This document shows, piece after piece, positions 16,354 through 29,284 of a DNA stretch of 64,000 nucleotides. Within the stretch, counting starts at the first letter, position 1. Every line of letters begins with the position of its first letter. The translations under genes were made by a program, and so were the position numbers. The stretch is from NCBI GenBank assembly GCA_964576525.1, contig CAZNVH010000041.1, positions 7,326 through 71,325 of the forward strand, read 5' to 3'. The notes under the pieces were generated by a model. The model was not told the origin of the DNA. It ran no database searches and saw only the letters and a list, made by a program, of their open reading frames with translations. The DNA comes from an uncultured Enterobacteriaceae bacterium (GTDB lineage Bacteria; Pseudomonadota; Gammaproteobacteria; Burkholderiales; SG8-39).

Positions 16354-17702
16354 GCCTGCTCCACACGATCGTCGCTTTCATCGTCGCGCTCGGCCTGCTG
16401 ATCGTGGTGCACGAGTACGGGCACTACCTGGTCGCGCGCCTGTGCGGCGTGAAGGTGCTGCGATTCTCGGTTGGTTTTGGAGGAAGTCTATTCATAAAAA
16501 GAATCGGCAAAGATCAGACCGAGTGGGTCATCGCGGCCATCCCCTTCGGCGGCTACGTGAAGATGCTCGACGAACGCGAAGGCCCGGTCGACTCGCACGA
16601 GCTCGACCGCGCCTTCAACCGCCAGAGCGTCTGGCGGCGTATCGCCATCGTGATCGCCGGGCCGCTGGCGAACTTCCTGTTCGCGATCGCGTTGTACACG
16701 GGGCTGTACATGTACGGCCTGCCGGAGATGCGCCCGGTGCTCGGCACGCCGCCGCAAGGCTCGCCCGCGGCGCTCGCCGGGCTGCGCGAGGGCGACACGG
16801 TGACGGCGACCGACGGCGAGGCCGTGGCGACCTGGCAGGAGCTGCGCTGGCGCGTGCTGAAGGCGGCGCTGCAGCGCGACACGCTGCGCCTGCGGACCCA
16901 GAACGAGCGGGGCCATCTCAGCGAGGCGCTGCTCGACCTGAGCGGGTTCCCGACCGACAGCGTCGAGAAGGACGCGCTCGATACCGTCGGCCTGCGCCTG
17001 TATCGCCCGACCTTCGCGCCGGTCCTGGGGCTGCTCGAGGCCGGGCGCCCGGCGAAGCAGTCGGGCCTGCAGCCCGACGATCGCGTCACGCACGTCCAGG
17101 GAACGGCGGTGGCGACCTGGGACGACTTCGTCAAGCTGATCCAGCAGAACCCGGGAAAACCCACCGCGGTGAGCGTCAATCGCGGCGGCAGCAGCCTGAC
17201 GATCGAGGTCACGCCCGAGCCGACGCGCGTGGGGAACAACGTCATCGGACGCATCGGCGCGGCGCCCCGCGACGTCGAGAAGCTCTACCTGCGCGTGAGC
17301 TACGGTCCGGGGGCGAGCCTGGTGAAGGCGTTCGACCGCACCGTGGAAATCTCGGTCTTCAGCCTGAGGATGCTCGGCCGCATGCTCGTTGGGCAGCTCT
17401 CCTGGAAGCACCTGTCCGGGCCGGTGACCATCGCCGATTTCGCCGGCCAGTCCGCGCAGATGGGCGTTACCTACTATCTGACTTTCCTCGCGCTGATCAG
17501 CATCAGCCTCGGCGTGCTGAACCTGCTGCCGATCCCGCTGCTCGACGGCGGGCACCTGATGTACTATGCGATCGAAATCGTCAAGGGCCGGCCGATTTCC
17601 GATCGCGTCATGGAGCTCGGCCAGCGTGTAGGTCTCGCACTGCTGCTGGTCATGATGGCCTTTGCCCTCTACAACGACCTGAATCGCCTGCTGACCGGCT
17701 AG
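16350..17702 (+). CDS. rseP: Intramembrane metalloprotease RseP
   Basis: HEYGH zinc motif, two PDZ-like segments, [11 protein letters not shown]. Confidence 0.96.
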   Translation: MSLLHTIVAFIVALGLLIVVHEYGHYLVARLCGVKVLRFSVGFGGSLFIKRIGKDQTEWVIAAIPFGGYVKMLDEREGPVDSHELDRAFNRQSVWRRIAIVIAGPLANFLFAIALYTGLYMYGLPEMRPVLGTPPQGSPAALAGLREGDTVTATDGEAVATWQELRWRVLKAALQRDTLRLRTQNERGHLSEALLDLSGFPTDSVEKDALDTVGLRLYRPTFAPVLGLLEAGRPAKQSGLQPDDRVTHVQGTAVATWDDFVKLIQQNPGKPTAVSVNRGGSSLTIEVTPEPTRVGNNVIGRIGAAPRDVEKLYLRVSYGPGASLVKAFDRTVEISVFSLRMLGRMLVGQLSWKHLSGPVTIADFAGQSAQMGVTYYLTFLALISISLGVLNLLPIPLLDGGHLMYYAIEIVKGRPISDRVMELGQRVGLALLLVMMAFALYNDLNRLLTG

Positions 17703-19985
17703 ATGCTGCGCACCGGCGTGATCGCCGCGGTCCTTGCCTGTTGCCTGGCCGTGGCGGCGGCCGGCGCCGCGGCCCAAAGCTTCCAGCCGTTCGTCGTCAA
17801 GGACATCCGCGTCGAAGGCCTGCAGCGCACCGAGGCCGGCACGGTGTTCAGTTACCTGCCGATCAAGGTCGGCGAGACCATGAGCGAGGAGAAGGCGCAG
17901 GCGGCGATGCGCGCCCTGTACGCCACCGGCTTCTTCCAGGACGTGCGGCTCGAGGTCGAGAGCGGCGTGCTGGTGGTGTTCGTGCGCGAGCGGCCGGCGA
18001 TCGCGCAGATCGACTTCTCCGGCATGAAGGAGTTCGAGCCCGACATGCTGCGCAAGGCGCTGCGCGAGCTCGGCCTGGCCGAAGGGCGGATCTTCGACCG
18101 CGCCCTGCTCGACTCGGCGGAGCAGGAAATCAAGCGCCAGTACCTGTCGCGCGGGCTGTACGCGGCCGAGGTGCAGACCACGGTGACGCCGCTCGAGCGC
18201 AATCGGGTCGGCATCAACGTCGCGGTAACCGAGGGCGAAGTGGCCCGCATCCAGGGCATCAACATCGTCGGCGCGCAGGCCTTCGCCGAAGACGAGTTGC
18301 TGGGGCTGTTCGTGCTGCGCACGCCGGGCTGGCTCACCTGGTATACGAAGGCCGACCGCTACGCGCGCGAGCGCCTGGCCGCCGACCTCGAGACGCTGCG
18401 CTCCTTCTACCTCAACCGCGGCTACCTCGACTTCAGCCTGGAGTCGACTCAGGTGCAGATCACGCCGGACCGGCGCGACATCCACATCACCGTCAACGTC
18501 GTCGAAGGCGAGATCTACACCGTATCCGGCATGGCGCTCGCCGGCCAGATGCTGCTGCCGCGCGAGGAGCTGGAGAGGCTGGTGCAGCTCAAGCCGGGCG
18601 AGGTGTTCTCGCGCGAGAAGCTCGCCGCGAGCACCAAGGCGATCACCGACCGGCTGGGCAACGAGGGCTATGCTTTCGCCAACGCCAACGCCATCCCCAC
18701 CGTCGACAAGGAGAAGCGCACGGTGGCCTTCAGCGTCGTGATCGATCCGGGACGCCGGGTCTACGTGCGGCGCATCGACGTCTCCGGTAACAGCAAGACG
18801 CGCGACGAGGTGGTGCGCCGCGAGATGCGCCAGCTCGAGGGCGCCTACTACGACGCCTCCAGGATCCAGCTGTCGCGCCGGCGCATCGACCGCACCGGCT
18901 ACTTCGCCGAGGTCACGGTGGAGACGCAGCCGGTCGAGGGCAGCCCGGACCAGGTCGACGTGGTCTACTCGGTGAAGGAGAAACCGACCGGCGCGCTGCT
19001 GCTCGGTGTGGGCTTCTCCAGCGTGGAGAAGATCGCGCTGTCGGCCTCGGTCACGCAGTCGAACATTTTCGGCACCGGCAAGTACCTGTCGGCCAACGTC
19101 AATAGCGGCAGCGTCAACACCGTGTACTCGCTGTCTTACAACGACCCGTACTACACCGTCGACGGCGTGAGCCGGGGCTTCGACGTCTACAAGCGCACCA
19201 TCGACGCCTCGAGCCTCTCCGTGGGCCCCTACAAGACCGATTCGGTCGGCGGCGGAATGAGGTTCGGCTATCCGGTGTCGGAGCAGATCTCGGTCGACTT
19301 CGGCCTCAACCTCGAATCGGTCGATCTGGAGATCTTCGCCAACAGCCCGCTGCAGTACATCGGCTTCGTCAATTCCTTCGGCACCCACTACACGTACGCC
19401 GCACTGACCGCCGGCTGGGCGCGTGATACGCGCGACAGCGTGATCTCGACCAACGCGGGCACTTATTCGCGCGCCTCTGTCGAGGTGGCGAGCGGCGACC
19501 TGCAGTTCTACCGTCTCGGCTTCCAGCAACAGTGGTACACGCCGCTTTCGCGCAACACCACCGTGCACCTGGGCGGCGAGATCAATTACGCCGCCGGTTA
19601 CGGCGACACGCCGCTGCCGTTCTTCAAGGCATACTTCGCCGGGGGCCCCGGATCGGTGCGCGGCTACCGCTCGTTCTCCCTCGGCCCGCGGGACGACCTG
19701 AACAACGCCCTCGGCGGCGACCGCAAGATCACCGGCACCGCCGAGCTGCTGTTCCCGATGCCCGGCGCCGAGCAGGACCGCTCGTTGCGCCTCGCGTTGT
19801 TCATCGACGGCGGCCAGGTGTACTCCAGCTCGATCAAGCTCGACGAGGTGCGCTACGCGGCAGGCCTGGCGCTGTTCTGGTCTTCCCCGATGGGTCCGCT
19901 GCGCCTGTCGTGGGCGCGGCCGCTCAACGACCGGAGCGGAGACCAGTTGCAGCCGGTACAATTCACCTTTGGCACCGGCTTCTGA
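17703..19985 (+). CDS. bamA: Outer membrane protein assembly factor BamA
   Basis: Signal peptide, POTRA repeats, SVRGY motif, C-terminal Phe. Confidence 0.96.
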   Translation: MLRTGVIAAVLACCLAVAAAGAAAQSFQPFVVKDIRVEGLQRTEAGTVFSYLPIKVGETMSEEKAQAAMRALYATGFFQDVRLEVESGVLVVFVRERPAIAQIDFSGMKEFEPDMLRKALRELGLAEGRIFDRALLDSAEQEIKRQYLSRGLYAAEVQTTVTPLERNRVGINVAVTEGEVARIQGINIVGAQAFAEDELLGLFVLRTPGWLTWYTKADRYARERLAADLETLRSFYLNRGYLDFSLESTQVQITPDRRDIHITVNVVEGEIYTVSGMALAGQMLLPREELERLVQLKPGEVFSREKLAASTKAITDRLGNEGYAFANANAIPTVDKEKRTVAFSVVIDPGRRVYVRRIDVSGNSKTRDEVVRREMRQLEGAYYDASRIQLSRRRIDRTGYFAEVTVETQPVEGSPDQVDVVYSVKEKPTGALLLGVGFSSVEKIALSASVTQSNIFGTGKYLSANVNSGSVNTVYSLSYNDPYYTVDGVSRGFDVYKRTIDASSLSVGPYKTDSVGGGMRFGYPVSEQISVDFGLNLESVDLEIFANSPLQYIGFVNSFGTHYTYAALTAGWARDTRDSVISTNAGTYSRASVEVASGDLQFYRLGFQQQWYTPLSRNTTVHLGGEINYAAGYGDTPLPFFKAYFAGGPGSVRGYRSFSLGPRDDLNNALGGDRKITGTAELLFPMPGAEQDRSLRLALFIDGGQVYSSSIKLDEVRYAAGLALFWSSPMGPLRLSWARPLNDRSGDQLQPVQFTFGTGF

Positions 19986-19987
19986 GC

Positions 19988-20518
19988 ATGCGTAACCCGA
20001 AAAACCTGTTGTTTGCCGCGGCGCTGGCCGCCGCGGCGCCGGCTGCGGCGCAGGCGCCGCAGCCGCAAGGCGGCAGCAAGTTCGGCTTCGTCCATACCGA
20101 GCGCATCCTGCGCGACTCGGTGCCGGCGCAGCGCGCGCAGAAGCTGATCGAGGTCGAGTTCCAGAAGCGCGACCGCGAGCTTGCCGCCATGGCGGACCAG
20201 CTCAAGCGCCTGCAGGAAGACCTGGACAAGAACGCGATGACCATGAGCGAGGCGCAGCGCCGCACGCGCGAGCGCGAGTTCGGCGAGATCAACCGGGAAT
20301 TCCAGCGCAAGCAGCGCGAGTTCCGCGAAGACCTGAATCAGCGCCGCAACCAGGAGCTGTCGCAGGTGGTGGAGCAGGCGAACCGCATCATCCGCCAGAT
20401 CGCCGAGCAGGAGAAGTTCGACATCATCTTCCAGGAGATGCCGGCCTATGTCAGCCCGCGCATCGACATCACCGACAAGGTGATCAAGGCGCTGGAAGGT
20501 AAGCCGCCCGCGAAGTGA
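19988..20518 (+). CDS. skp: OmpH/Skp periplasmic chaperone
   Basis: Signal peptide, KFGFV..ERIL, coiled coil, [11 protein letters not shown]; between bamA and lpxD. Confidence 0.92.
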   Translation: MRNPKNLLFAAALAAAAPAAAQAPQPQGGSKFGFVHTERILRDSVPAQRAQKLIEVEFQKRDRELAAMADQLKRLQEDLDKNAMTMSEAQRRTREREFGEINREFQRKQREFREDLNQRRNQELSQVVEQANRIIRQIAEQEKFDIIFQEMPAYVSPRIDITDKVIKALEGKPPAK

Positions 20519-20522
20519 CCGC

Positions 20523-21464
20523 GTGCCGGGGCCGTTGACGCTCGGGCAGATCGCGTCGCGGCTCGGCGGCCGCGTCGCCGGCAACGCCGACACCCTGATC
20601 CGCCAGGTCGGCTCGCTGGAACACGCTGGCGCGGGCGAAATCACTTTTCTAGTTGGCAAGAAAAACAACGTCAAGCTGGCCGAGACCCGGGCCGCTGCGG
20701 TGATCGTCGCCGCGGAGGGCGAGAAGCTGACCCGGCTGCCGCGCATCGTGTGCGACGATCCCTACGCCTATTTCGCCCACGTGTCGCAACTGTTCAACCC
20801 GCTGGTGACGCAGCCGCCCGGGGTGCATCCTTCTGCGGTCGTTTCTGAAAAAGCAACTCTTGGACAGCGCGTGTCGATCGGCGCCGGCTGCGTGGTCGGC
20901 GATGGCGTGGCCATCGGCGACGACAGCTGCCTGTACCCGCGCGTGGTGATCTATCCGCACTGCTCGCTGGGGGCCCGGGTGATCGTGCACGCGGGCGCGG
21001 TGATCGGCGCCGACGGCTTCGGCATCGCCCCCGAGGCGGGGCGCTGGGTGAAGATCCCGCAGGTCGGCGGCGTGCGCATCGGCGACGACGTCGAGATCGG
21101 CGCCAACACCACCATCGACCGCGGCGCGCTCGACGACACGGTGATCGAGGAAGGCGTCAAGCTCGACAACCAGGTCCAGGTCGCGCACAACGTGCGCATC
21201 GGTGCGCACACCGCGATCGCCGGCTGCGTCGGCATCGCCGGCAGCACCGACATCGGCGCGCACTGCATCATCGGCGGGGCGGCGATGATCGGCGGCCACC
21301 TGCGCATCGCCGACGGCGTGCGCATTTCGGGCGGCACGGCGATTCCGCACTCGATCCTCAAGCCGGGGACCTACACCGGCCTCTACCCGTTCGACGAGCA
21401 CCAGGCGTGGCGGCGCGGCGCCGCTCGGCTGCGCCGACTCACCAAGGGGAAAAAAGATGGCTGA
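20523..21464 (+). CDS. lpxD: UDP-3-O-acyl-glucosamine N-acyltransferase
   Basis: Hexapeptide repeats, [27 protein letters not shown]. Confidence 0.96.
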   Translation: MPGPLTLGQIASRLGGRVAGNADTLIRQVGSLEHAGAGEITFLVGKKNNVKLAETRAAAVIVAAEGEKLTRLPRIVCDDPYAYFAHVSQLFNPLVTQPPGVHPSAVVSEKATLGQRVSIGAGCVVGDGVAIGDDSCLYPRVVIYPHCSLGARVIVHAGAVIGADGFGIAPEAGRWVKIPQVGGVRIGDDVEIGANTTIDRGALDDTVIEEGVKLDNQVQVAHNVRIGAHTAIAGCVGIAGSTDIGAHCIIGGAAMIGGHLRIADGVRISGGTAIPHSILKPGTYTGLYPFDEHQAWRRGAARLRRLTKGKKDG

Positions 21465-21906
21465 GATGGACGTCTACCAGGTGCTCAAGTACCTGCCGCA
21501 GCGCTACCCGCTGGTGATGATCGACCGCGTCAAGGAATGCGAACCGGGCAAGCGCGTGGTCGCGGTGAAGAGCGTTTCGCTCAACGAGCCGTATTTCCAG
21601 GGGCATTTTCCCGGCCGGCCGATCATGCCGGGCGTGCTGATCCTGGAGGCGATGGCGCAGGCGGCCTCGGTGCTGGTGTTCAGCGCCGAGGGCGCGGCCA
21701 AGCTCAGCGACCAGACGCTGTACTACTACGTCGGCATCGACAAGGCGCGCTTCAAGAAGCCGGTGATCCCCGGCGACCAGCTCGAGATCGAGGTCAAGCT
21801 GGAGCGCTCGTTGCGCGGCATCGGCAAGTTCGGCTGCGTGGCGCGCGTCGACGGCAAGACGGTCGCCGAAGCCACCATCCTCTGCTCGGTCCAGTCGGTC
21901 GTCTGA
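21457..21906 (+). CDS. fabZ: 3-hydroxyacyl-ACP dehydratase
   Basis: [33 protein letters not shown]. Confidence 0.96.
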   Translation: MAEMDVYQVLKYLPQRYPLVMIDRVKECEPGKRVVAVKSVSLNEPYFQGHFPGRPIMPGVLILEAMAQAASVLVFSAEGAAKLSDQTLYYYVGIDKARFKKPVIPGDQLEIEVKLERSLRGIGKFGCVARVDGKTVAEATILCSVQSVV

Positions 21907-22682
21907 TGGCCAGGGTTCACCCGAGCGCCGCGGTGCACCCGGGAGCGCGGCTTGCCGCCGACGTCGAGGTCGGGCCGTTCTGCGTCATCGGCGAGCATGT
22001 CGAGGTGGGGGAGGGCTGCTGGATCGGCTCGCACGTGGTGCTCGACGGCCACACGCGGGTCGGGCGGGGCAACCGCATCTGGCACTTCTGCTCGATCGGC
22101 GCGGCGCCGCAGGACAAGAAGTACGCCGGCGAGCCGACCCGGGTGGAAATCGGCGAGCGCAACGTCATCCGCGAGTACGTCACCATCAATCGCGGCACGG
22201 CGCAGGACGTAGGCGCGACGCGCATCGGCAACGACAACTGGATCATGGCCTACGTGCACTTCGCGCACGACTGCCAGATCGGCAGCAACACCATCTTCGC
22301 CAACGCCAGCCAGCTCGCCGGCCACGTCACGGTGGGCGACTGGGCGATCTTCGGCGGCATGACGCTGGTCCACCAGTTCGTGCACATCGGCGCGCATGCC
22401 TTCACCAGCATGGGCGCGTACCTGTCGCAGGACCTGCCGCCCTACATGGTCGCGGCGGGCAACATGGCGCGCACCTTCGGCATCAACAGCGAGGGCCTGA
22501 AGCGGCGGGGTTTCACCCCCGAAACCATCCAGGGCCTGAAGCGCGCGTACCGCACGCTGTACCGCAAGGGCCTTGGATTGGAGGAGGCGCAGCGCGAGCT
22601 CGAAGGCCAGGTGGCCGCCTGTCCGGCGGTACGCGAGATCCTCGAGTTCATCGGCCGCAGCAAGCGCGGAATCATCCGCTAG
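21906..22682 (+). CDS. lpxA: Acyl-ACP-UDP-N-acetylglucosamine O-acyltransferase
   Basis: ATG overlaps fabZ TGA; PQDKKY, IREYVTINRGT, HFAHDC. Confidence 0.96.
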   Translation: MARVHPSAAVHPGARLAADVEVGPFCVIGEHVEVGEGCWIGSHVVLDGHTRVGRGNRIWHFCSIGAAPQDKKYAGEPTRVEIGERNVIREYVTINRGTAQDVGATRIGNDNWIMAYVHFAHDCQIGSNTIFANASQLAGHVTVGDWAIFGGMTLVHQFVHIGAHAFTSMGAYLSQDLPPYMVAAGNMARTFGINSEGLKRRGFTPETIQGLKRAYRTLYRKGLGLEEAQRELEGQVAACPAVREILEFIGRSKRGIIR

Positions 22683-23839
22683 TGGCCGACTCCGCGCGCG
22701 TCGCCATGGTGGCGGGCGAGGCTTCGGGCGACCAGCTGGCCGCGCCGCTGATCGCGGCGCTGAAAGCCCGCCGTCCCACGATGCGCTTCGACGGGATCGG
22801 CGGCCCGCGCATGCAGGCGCAAGGCTTCGAGTCGCATTACTCGATAGAGAAGCTCTCGGTGCGGGGCTACGCCGAGGCGCTGCGGCACTACCGCGAAATC
22901 ACGGAGATCCGCCGGCGCCTGGCACGCAGCCTGCTCGCCGAGCGGCCTGAGCTGTTCATCGGCGTGGACGCTTCAGACTTCAACCTGGTGCTGGAGCGGC
23001 AGCTGCGCGAGGCCGGCATCCCGACGATCCAGTACGTGAGCCCGTCGGTATGGGCCTGGCGCCCCTGGCGCGTGCGCCGCATCGCGCGCTCGGTGACCCG
23101 CATCCTGGTGATGTTCCCGTTCGAGGAGCCGCTGTACCAGAAGGCGGGCGTGCCGGTGACCTACGTCGGCCATCCGCTCGCCGACCTGATTCCGCTCAAG
23201 CCGGACAAGCACGAGGCGCGCGCGCAGCTGCGCCTGCCTTCGGGAAAGCTGATCGTCGCGCTGCTGCCCGGGAGCCGGCGCTCGGAGATGGCCCACATGG
23301 CGGCGCCCTTCCTGCTCGCGGCGCACCGCTTCCGGCAGGAAGTGCAGGACGTGCACTTCGTCTGCCCCACGGTGACGCGCGAGACACGCGACATGTTCGA
23401 GCTCGCGGTGCACCGGCACCAGCGCACCGATCTGCCCCTGACCTTGCTTTTTGGCCACTCCCACGAGGCGCTCGCCGCCGCCGACCTGGCGCTGGTGGCG
23501 AGCGGCACGGCGACGCTCGAGGCGGCGCTGTTCAAGACGCCGATGGTGATCGCCTACCGGCAGTCTCCGATAAGCTGGGCGCTGATGCGAGCCCTGACCA
23601 GGCTCCCCTACGTGGGCATGCCCAACATCCTTGCCGGAGAAAAGCTGGTGCCCGAGCTGCTCCAGGACCAGGCGAACCCGGCGGCGCTCTCCGCGGCGCT
23701 GATCGCGCTGCTGCGCGACACCGAGGCGCAGCGCCGCCAGGTCGAGCGCTTCCGCGAGTTCCACGAGCTGCTGCGCCGCGACGCCGCGGAGAAGGCGGCC
23801 GACGCGGTGCTGGAAGTCCTGGAAAAAGGACGTGCCTAG
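22682..23839 (+). CDS. lpxB: Lipid-A-disaccharide synthase
   Basis: [32 protein letters not shown]. Confidence 0.96.
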   Translation: MADSARVAMVAGEASGDQLAAPLIAALKARRPTMRFDGIGGPRMQAQGFESHYSIEKLSVRGYAEALRHYREITEIRRRLARSLLAERPELFIGVDASDFNLVLERQLREAGIPTIQYVSPSVWAWRPWRVRRIARSVTRILVMFPFEEPLYQKAGVPVTYVGHPLADLIPLKPDKHEARAQLRLPSGKLIVALLPGSRRSEMAHMAAPFLLAAHRFRQEVQDVHFVCPTVTRETRDMFELAVHRHQRTDLPLTLLFGHSHEALAAADLALVASGTATLEAALFKTPMVIAYRQSPISWALMRALTRLPYVGMPNILAGEKLVPELLQDQANPAALSAALIALLRDTEAQRRQVERFREFHELLRRDAAEKAADAVLEVLEKGRA

Positions 23840-24416
23840 ACTGCTCGTCTGCGGCGTGGACGAGGCCGGCCGCGGGCCGATCGCCGGCCCGGTGTACGCC
23901 GCGGCGGTGATCCTTAATCCGGAGCGGCGTATCAACGGCCTGGCCGATTCCAAGGTCCTCACCGCGGGGCGGCGCGAACTGCTCGCCGGGAGGATCAAGG
24001 AGCGCGCCATTGCCTGGTCGGTGGCGCAGGCGAGCGTCGAGGAAATCGACCGGATCAACATCCTGCGCGCTGCGCTGCTGGCGATGCGCCGCGCGGTCGA
24101 GGCGCTAAGCGTCGCCCCGGAGGAGGCCTGGATCGACGGCACGCACTGCCCCGAGCTTTCCTGCCGCATGCGCGCCATCGTCGACGGCGACGCCACGCAC
24201 CGGCCGATCTCGGCGGCTTCGATCCTCGCCAAGACGGCGCGCGACGCCGAGATGTGCGCCCTGCACGAGCGCTACCCGCAGTACGGCTTCGCCCAGCACA
24301 AGGGCTACTCGACCCCGGGGCACCTCGAGTTGCTGCGCCGCCTGGGTCCCTGCGACATCCACCGCCGCAGCTTCGACCCTGTGCGGGTGTTCTTCGAGAA
24401 GGATCTGTTCAGCTAA
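23832..24416 (+). CDS. rnhB: Ribonuclease HII
   Basis: [29 protein letters not shown]. Confidence 0.96.
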   Translation: MPRLLVCGVDEAGRGPIAGPVYAAAVILNPERRINGLADSKVLTAGRRELLAGRIKERAIAWSVAQASVEEIDRINILRAALLAMRRAVEALSVAPEEAWIDGTHCPELSCRMRAIVDGDATHRPISAASILAKTARDAEMCALHERYPQYGFAQHKGYSTPGHLELLRRLGPCDIHRRSFDPVRVFFEKDLFS

Positions 24417-24418
24417 CC

Positions 24419-25189
24419 ATGGCGGTCCTCAGTTCACGCGACAACCCGAGGGTCAAGCGCTGGGCGAAGCTGGCGCAGGATGCGCGCTTTCGGCGCGCGG
24501 AAAAACGCGCGCTGATCGAGGGGCCGCACCTGCTTGCCGCCGCTCTCGCGCAGGGATGCAGGCCGGTCGCGGTGCTGGCGACCGAGGCCGCCGCAGCCGA
24601 CGCCGAGATCGGCGCCCTCATCGCGCGCAGCGGTCTGCGGCCGGTGCTGCTCGCCGAAAGCGTGTTCCGCGGAATCGTCGATGCCGAGAGCCCGCCGGGC
24701 CTCGCCGCCGAGATCGCGATTCCCGAGGCGCGCCGCGACGCGGTGCAGCGAGCCGTTTTCCTGGAAGGCGTCCAGGATCCGGGCAACGTGGGCGCCATCG
24801 TGCGCAGCGCGGCGGCTTTCGGCGTCGGCCGCGTGATCCTGGACCGCGGCTGCGCCGATCCCTGGTCCCCGCGCGCGCTGCGCGCCGGCATGGGCGGCCA
24901 CTTCGCCCTGACGATCGAGCAGCTCGGTGAGCTCGGCCCGGCGCTCGGTGGTTTCGGCGGGAAGCTGGTGTGCGCCGTGCCGCGGGGCGGAGTGCCGCTT
25001 CGGCAGGCCGACCTGGCGGGGCGGATCGGCTGGATCTTCGGCGGGGAGGGGCAGGGGGTGAGCCCGGCGGTCGAGGCCCTGGCGAAGCTGAAGGTGACGA
25101 TCCCGGTCGCGGCAGGAATGGAATCGCTGAACGTGGCGGCTGCCGCGGCGATCTGCCTCTACTTCAGTACACCTGCCGCTGGATCCTGA
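24419..25189 (+). CDS. TrmH/SpoU family RNA methyltransferase
   Basis: [36 protein letters not shown] motifs. Confidence 0.9.
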   Translation: MAVLSSRDNPRVKRWAKLAQDARFRRAEKRALIEGPHLLAAALAQGCRPVAVLATEAAAADAEIGALIARSGLRPVLLAESVFRGIVDAESPPGLAAEIAIPEARRDAVQRAVFLEGVQDPGNVGAIVRSAAAFGVGRVILDRGCADPWSPRALRAGMGGHFALTIEQLGELGPALGGFGGKLVCAVPRGGVPLRQADLAGRIGWIFGGEGQGVSPAVEALAKLKVTIPVAAGMESLNVAAAAAICLYFSTPAAGS

Positions 25190-25982
25190 GCTCGCGCAGG
25201 ATGGTGGTGGCGATTTCCTCGATCGACTTGCTGGTCGAGTTGATGTGGCGGATGCCTTCGCGCCGCATCATGCTCTCGGCCTCGGCGACTTCGTAGCGGC
25301 AGTTGTCGAGGTCGGCGTAGCGGCTCCCCGGGCGGCGCTCCCGGCGGATCTCGTGCAGGCGCTCGGGGGCGATGGTCAGGCCGTAGAGGCGGGTCTTGTC
25401 GGTGCGCAGCGCTTCCGGCAGCTGCCCGCGCTGGAAGTCCTCGGGGATCAGGGGGTAGTTCGCGGCCTTGACGCCGAACTGCAGCGCAAGGTAGAGGCTG
25501 GTCGGCGTCTTGCCGCTGCGCGACACCCCGACCAGGATCATGTCGGCCAGGTCGAGCTCGCGGTGCGAGGCGCCGTCGTCGTGCGCCATGGCGAAGTTGA
25601 TCGCCTCGATGCGCTGCTGGTACTCCTTCTTGTCCATCGCGCTGTGCGAGCGGCCGATCGTGTGGCTCGACTTGATGCCGAGCCCGGCTTCCAGCGGATC
25701 GATGAAGGTCTCGAAGAAATCGATGAACAACGCGTTCGCGCGGCGCACCACCTGGCGCAGCTCCTGGTTGACCAGGGTGGAGAACACGATCGGCTGGCCG
25801 GTGCCGGCCTCGGCGGCGATGCGCGCCAGGCATTCCTCGGCCTTTTCGAGGCTGTCGACGAAAGGCAGCGTCACCTGGTTGAACTCGACGCCCTCGAACT
25901 GCGTGAGCAGGCTGTGGCCGAGCATCTGCGCGGTGATCCCGGTGCCGTCGGAGACGAAGAACACTGTCCGGCGTTGAGTCAT
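25164..25982 (-). CDS. ppsR: PEP synthetase regulatory protein (DUF299 kinase/pyrophosphorylase)
   Basis: [27 protein letters not shown]; divergent from ppsA. Confidence 0.95.
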   Translation of the reverse strand: MTQRRTVFFVSDGTGITAQMLGHSLLTQFEGVEFNQVTLPFVDSLEKAEECLARIAAEAGTGQPIVFSTLVNQELRQVVRRANALFIDFFETFIDPLEAGLGIKSSHTIGRSHSAMDKKEYQQRIEAINFAMAHDDGASHRELDLADMILVGVSRSGKTPTSLYLALQFGVKAANYPLIPEDFQRGQLPEALRTDKTRLYGLTIAPERLHEIRRERRPGSRYADLDNCRYEVAEAESMMRREGIRHINSTSKSIEEIATTILRELRIQRQVY

Positions 25983-26003
25983 AGGCCATAAAATACCAAG
26001 CCG

Positions 26004-28397
26004 ATGCGGGTTGCGTGGCTCAAAGATTTGCGCATGGCCGACCGGGAGCGGGTCGGCGGCAAGAACGCCTCGCTCGGCGAGATGATCGGCGGCCTGTCCC
26101 CGGCCGGGATCCGGGTGCCGGGGGGATTCGCCACCACCGCCCAGGCTTACCGCGAGTTCCTCGCGTCCGGCGGGCTGGACGCCCGCATCCAGAAGCGCCT
26201 GCGCGAGCTCGATTCCTCCGACGTCGAGGCCCTGGCCCGATGTGGCGCCGAGATCCGCGGCTGGATCGCCGAAGCCCCATTCCCCGCTGCGCTTGATCAT
26301 GAGATACGTATTAAGTATCAAGATCTTACTAATAGTACTTCAGGTGAAACCTCGTTTGCCGTACGCTCCTCGGCGACCGCCGAAGACCTGCCAGACGCCT
26401 CGTTCGCCGGCCAGCAGGAGACCTTCCTCAATATCCGTGGCGCCGAGAACGTGCTGGAAGCGATCCGCCACGTCTTCGCCTCGCTCTACAACGACCGGGC
26501 CATCTCGTATCGGGTCCACCAGGGCTTCGAGCTCGCGGGGGTGGATTTGTCGGCGGCGGTACAGCAGATGGTGCGCAGCGACCTCGGCGCGAGCGGGGTG
26601 ACCTTCACCCTGGACACCGAGTCGGGCTTCCGCGACGTGGTGTTCATCACCTCGGCCTACGGGCTGGGGGAGTTGCTGGTGCAGGGCGCGATCAACCCGG
26701 ACGAGTTCTACGTCCACAAGCCGATGCTGGAAAAGGGCCGCCCGGCCATCGTGCGGCGCAGCCTGGGCTCGAAGCTGCAGAAGATGGTGTTCGGCGCCGG
26801 GGACCGGGCCGGACGCTCTACCCGGGTGGTGGACGTGCCGGACGCAGAAAGACATGCTTTTTCTCTGGACGAGAAAGAAATTCTTGAATTGGCGCGCACC
26901 GCCGTGGCAATCGAGAAGCACTACGGCCGCCCCATGGACATCGAGTGGGCGAAGGACGGGGCTGACGGCCGCCTCTACGTGCTGCAGGCGCGGCCGGAAA
27001 CCGTCAAGTCGCGCAGCCGCGCAGAGCTCGAGGAGCGCTACGCGCTGAAGGGCAGCTCGCGCGTGCTCGTCATCGGGCGCGCCATCGGCAACAAGATCGG
27101 CAGCGGCGCGGTGCGCGTGGTGCCGGGCGCCGCCGAGATGGCGCGCGTCAGGAAAGGCGACGTGCTGGTGACCGACATGACCGACCCCAACTGGGAGCCG
27201 GTGATGAAGCTGGCGGCGGCGATCGTCACCAACCGCGGCGGGCGTACTTGCCACGCGGCGATCATCGCCCGCGAGCTGGGCATCCCGGCCGTGGTCGGCT
27301 GCGGCGACGCCACCCGGCGGCTCAAGGACGGCCAGGCGGTCACCGTGTCCTGCGCCGAGGGGGATACCGGCAACGTCTACGAGGGGCTGCTGCCGTTCGA
27401 GGTGTCGAGCCGCGAGCGCGGCGAGATGCCGCGCATCCCGGTGAAGATCGCGATGAACGTCGGCAACCCGGAGCTCGCTTTCACCTTCGCCCAGCTGCCG
27501 AACGCGGGCGTCGGCCTGGCGCGCCTGGAGTTCATCATCAACAGCATCGGCGTGCACCCGAAGGCCTGCCTGGAATACCCGGAGTTGCCGCCTTCCTTGA
27601 AGGCAAGACTCGAAGAAAAGTGCCGTGGCTACGCCAACCCGCGCAGCTTCTTCCGCGAGAAGATGGTCGAGGGCGTGGCCACCATCGCGGCCGCCTTCTG
27701 GCCCAAGCCGGTGATCGTCCGGCTGTCGGACTTCAAGTCGAACGAGTACCGCAAGCTCCTCGGCGGCGAGCGCTACGAGCCCGAGGAGGAGAACCCGATG
27801 CTCGGCTTCCGCGGCGCCTCGCGCTACCTCGCGCCGAGCTTCCGCGCATGCTTCGAGCTCGAGTGCGCGGCGCTGCGCAAGGTGCGCGAGGAGCTCGGCC
27901 TCAGCAACGTGGAGCTGATGGTGCCGTTTGTCCGCACGCTGGAGGAGGCGAGGGCGGTGCTGGAATTGCTGGGGAATAATGGATTGCAGAGAGGCAAGAA
28001 CGGCCTGCGGATCGTCATGATGTGCGAGCTGCCGTCGAATGCGATCCTCGCCGACGAGTTCCTGGAGATGTTCGACGGCTTCTCGATCGGCTCGAACGAC
28101 CTGACGCAGCTCACGCTGGGTCTGGATCGCGACTCGGGGCTGGTCGCCGCGACCTTCGACGAGCGTGACCCCGCGGTCAAGGCGCTGCTTTCCATGGCGA
28201 TCCGTGCCTGCCGCAAGCAGGGCAAGTACGTCGGCATCTGCGGGCAGGGGCCTTCCGACCATCCCGACCTGGCGCGCTGGCTGATGGAGCAGGGCATCGA
28301 CAGCCTGTCCCTCAACCCCGATACGGTGGTCTCGACCTGGACTTCTCTAGCCAACCCCGCCCCTTCGGAAACCGAAAAGAAGTCAGCGGCTGCGTAG
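26004..28397 (+). CDS. ppsA: Phosphoenolpyruvate synthase
   Basis: [27 protein letters not shown] phospho-His, [10 protein letters not shown]. Confidence 0.97.
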   Translation: MRVAWLKDLRMADRERVGGKNASLGEMIGGLSPAGIRVPGGFATTAQAYREFLASGGLDARIQKRLRELDSSDVEALARCGAEIRGWIAEAPFPAALDHEIRIKYQDLTNSTSGETSFAVRSSATAEDLPDASFAGQQETFLNIRGAENVLEAIRHVFASLYNDRAISYRVHQGFELAGVDLSAAVQQMVRSDLGASGVTFTLDTESGFRDVVFITSAYGLGELLVQGAINPDEFYVHKPMLEKGRPAIVRRSLGSKLQKMVFGAGDRAGRSTRVVDVPDAERHAFSLDEKEILELARTAVAIEKHYGRPMDIEWAKDGADGRLYVLQARPETVKSRSRAELEERYALKGSSRVLVIGRAIGNKIGSGAVRVVPGAAEMARVRKGDVLVTDMTDPNWEPVMKLAAAIVTNRGGRTCHAAIIARELGIPAVVGCGDATRRLKDGQAVTVSCAEGDTGNVYEGLLPFEVSSRERGEMPRIPVKIAMNVGNPELAFTFAQLPNAGVGLARLEFIINSIGVHPKACLEYPELPPSLKARLEEKCRGYANPRSFFREKMVEGVATIAAAFWPKPVIVRLSDFKSNEYRKLLGGERYEPEEENPMLGFRGASRYLAPSFRACFELECAALRKVREELGLSNVELMVPFVRTLEEARAVLELLGNNGLQRGKNGLRIVMMCELPSNAILADEFLEMFDGFSIGSNDLTQLTLGLDRDSGLVAATFDERDPAVKALLSMAIRACRKQGKYVGICGQGPSDHPDLARWLMEQGIDSLSLNPDTVVSTWTSLANPAPSETEKKSAAA

Positions 28398-28826
28398 CAG
28401 GCGCTGCTTCTCGCGATTCCACTCCTTCTCGCGCTCGTCGGCGCGCTTGTCGTGCTTGAGCTTGCCGCGCCCGAGGCCGATTTCGAGCTTGATCAGGCCC
28501 TTCGAGTAATGCAGGTTGAGCGGCACCAGCGTATACCCACGCTGCTCGACCTTGCCGATCAGCCGGCGGATCTCCTCGGCGCGCAGCAGCAGTTTGCGCG
28601 TGCGCGTCGGGTCGGCGCTGACGTGGGTCGAGGCGGCCGCCAGGGGGCTGATGTGCGCGCCGATGAGAAAGATCTCCTCGCCGCGCACCGTGACGTAGCC
28701 CTCGGCGATCTGCGCGCGGCCGGCGCGGACGGCCTTGACCTCCCAGCCGAGGAGGGCAAGCCCGGCCTCGTAGCGCTCCTCGATGAAGTAGTCGTGGTGC
28801 GCCTTGCGGTTCTCGACGATCGACAT
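28383..28826 (-). CDS. smpB: SsrA-binding protein
   Basis: [31 protein letters not shown]. Confidence 0.96.
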   Translation of the reverse strand: MSIVENRKAHHDYFIEERYEAGLALLGWEVKAVRAGRAQIAEGYVTVRGEEIFLIGAHISPLAAASTHVSADPTRTRKLLLRAEEIRRLIGKVEQRGYTLVPLNLHYSKGLIKLEIGLGRGKLKHDKRADEREKEWNREKQRLLRSR

Positions 28827-28840
28827 CGGCAAATTCTCCC

Positions 28841-29284
28841 ATGAAGCGCATCGCCCGCTCGGCCATCGTCGAGCATGCCGCGGCCCAGATGTACGCGCTG
28901 GTCGAGGACATCGAGGCGTACCCGGGCTTCCTGCCGTGGTGTGCGGCCGCCGCAGTCCACGAGCGCACGCCGAGTGCTACCCGCGCCTCGCTGACTATCG
29001 CGCTCGGCAAGCTGCGTGAGTCGTTCAGCACGCGCAACCAGAACCGGCCCGGCGAAGCCATCGACATGCATCTGGTCGCCGGGCCGTTCCGCGAGTTCGC
29101 CGCGCAATGGCGTTTCGTGCCGCTGGCGCTGCGCGCCTGCCGCATCGAGTTCTCCATGCAGTACGAGTTCTCGGGCCGCGCGCTCGGCAAGCTGCTCGCG
29201 CCGCTGTTCGATCGCATGGCCGACAGCATGGTCGACGCCTTTACGCGGCGCGCCGATGAGGTCTATGGCAAGCCTGAGCGTTGA
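28841..29284 (+). CDS. ratA: RatA/PasT (Coq10-like START domain)
   Basis: [21 protein letters not shown]; conserved divergence from smpB. Confidence 0.9.
   Translation: MKRIARSAIVEHAAAQMYALVEDIEAYPGFLPWCAAAAVHERTPSATRASLTIALGKLRESFSTRNQNRPGEAIDMHLVAGPFREFAAQWRFVPLALRACRIEFSMQYEFSGRALGKLLAPLFDRMADSMVDAFTRRADEVYGKPER

Noticed and set aside
16488-19961. 1157-aa minus-strand ORF
   Set aside because: Antisense shadow of rseP-bamA typical of high-GC codon bias; no motifs
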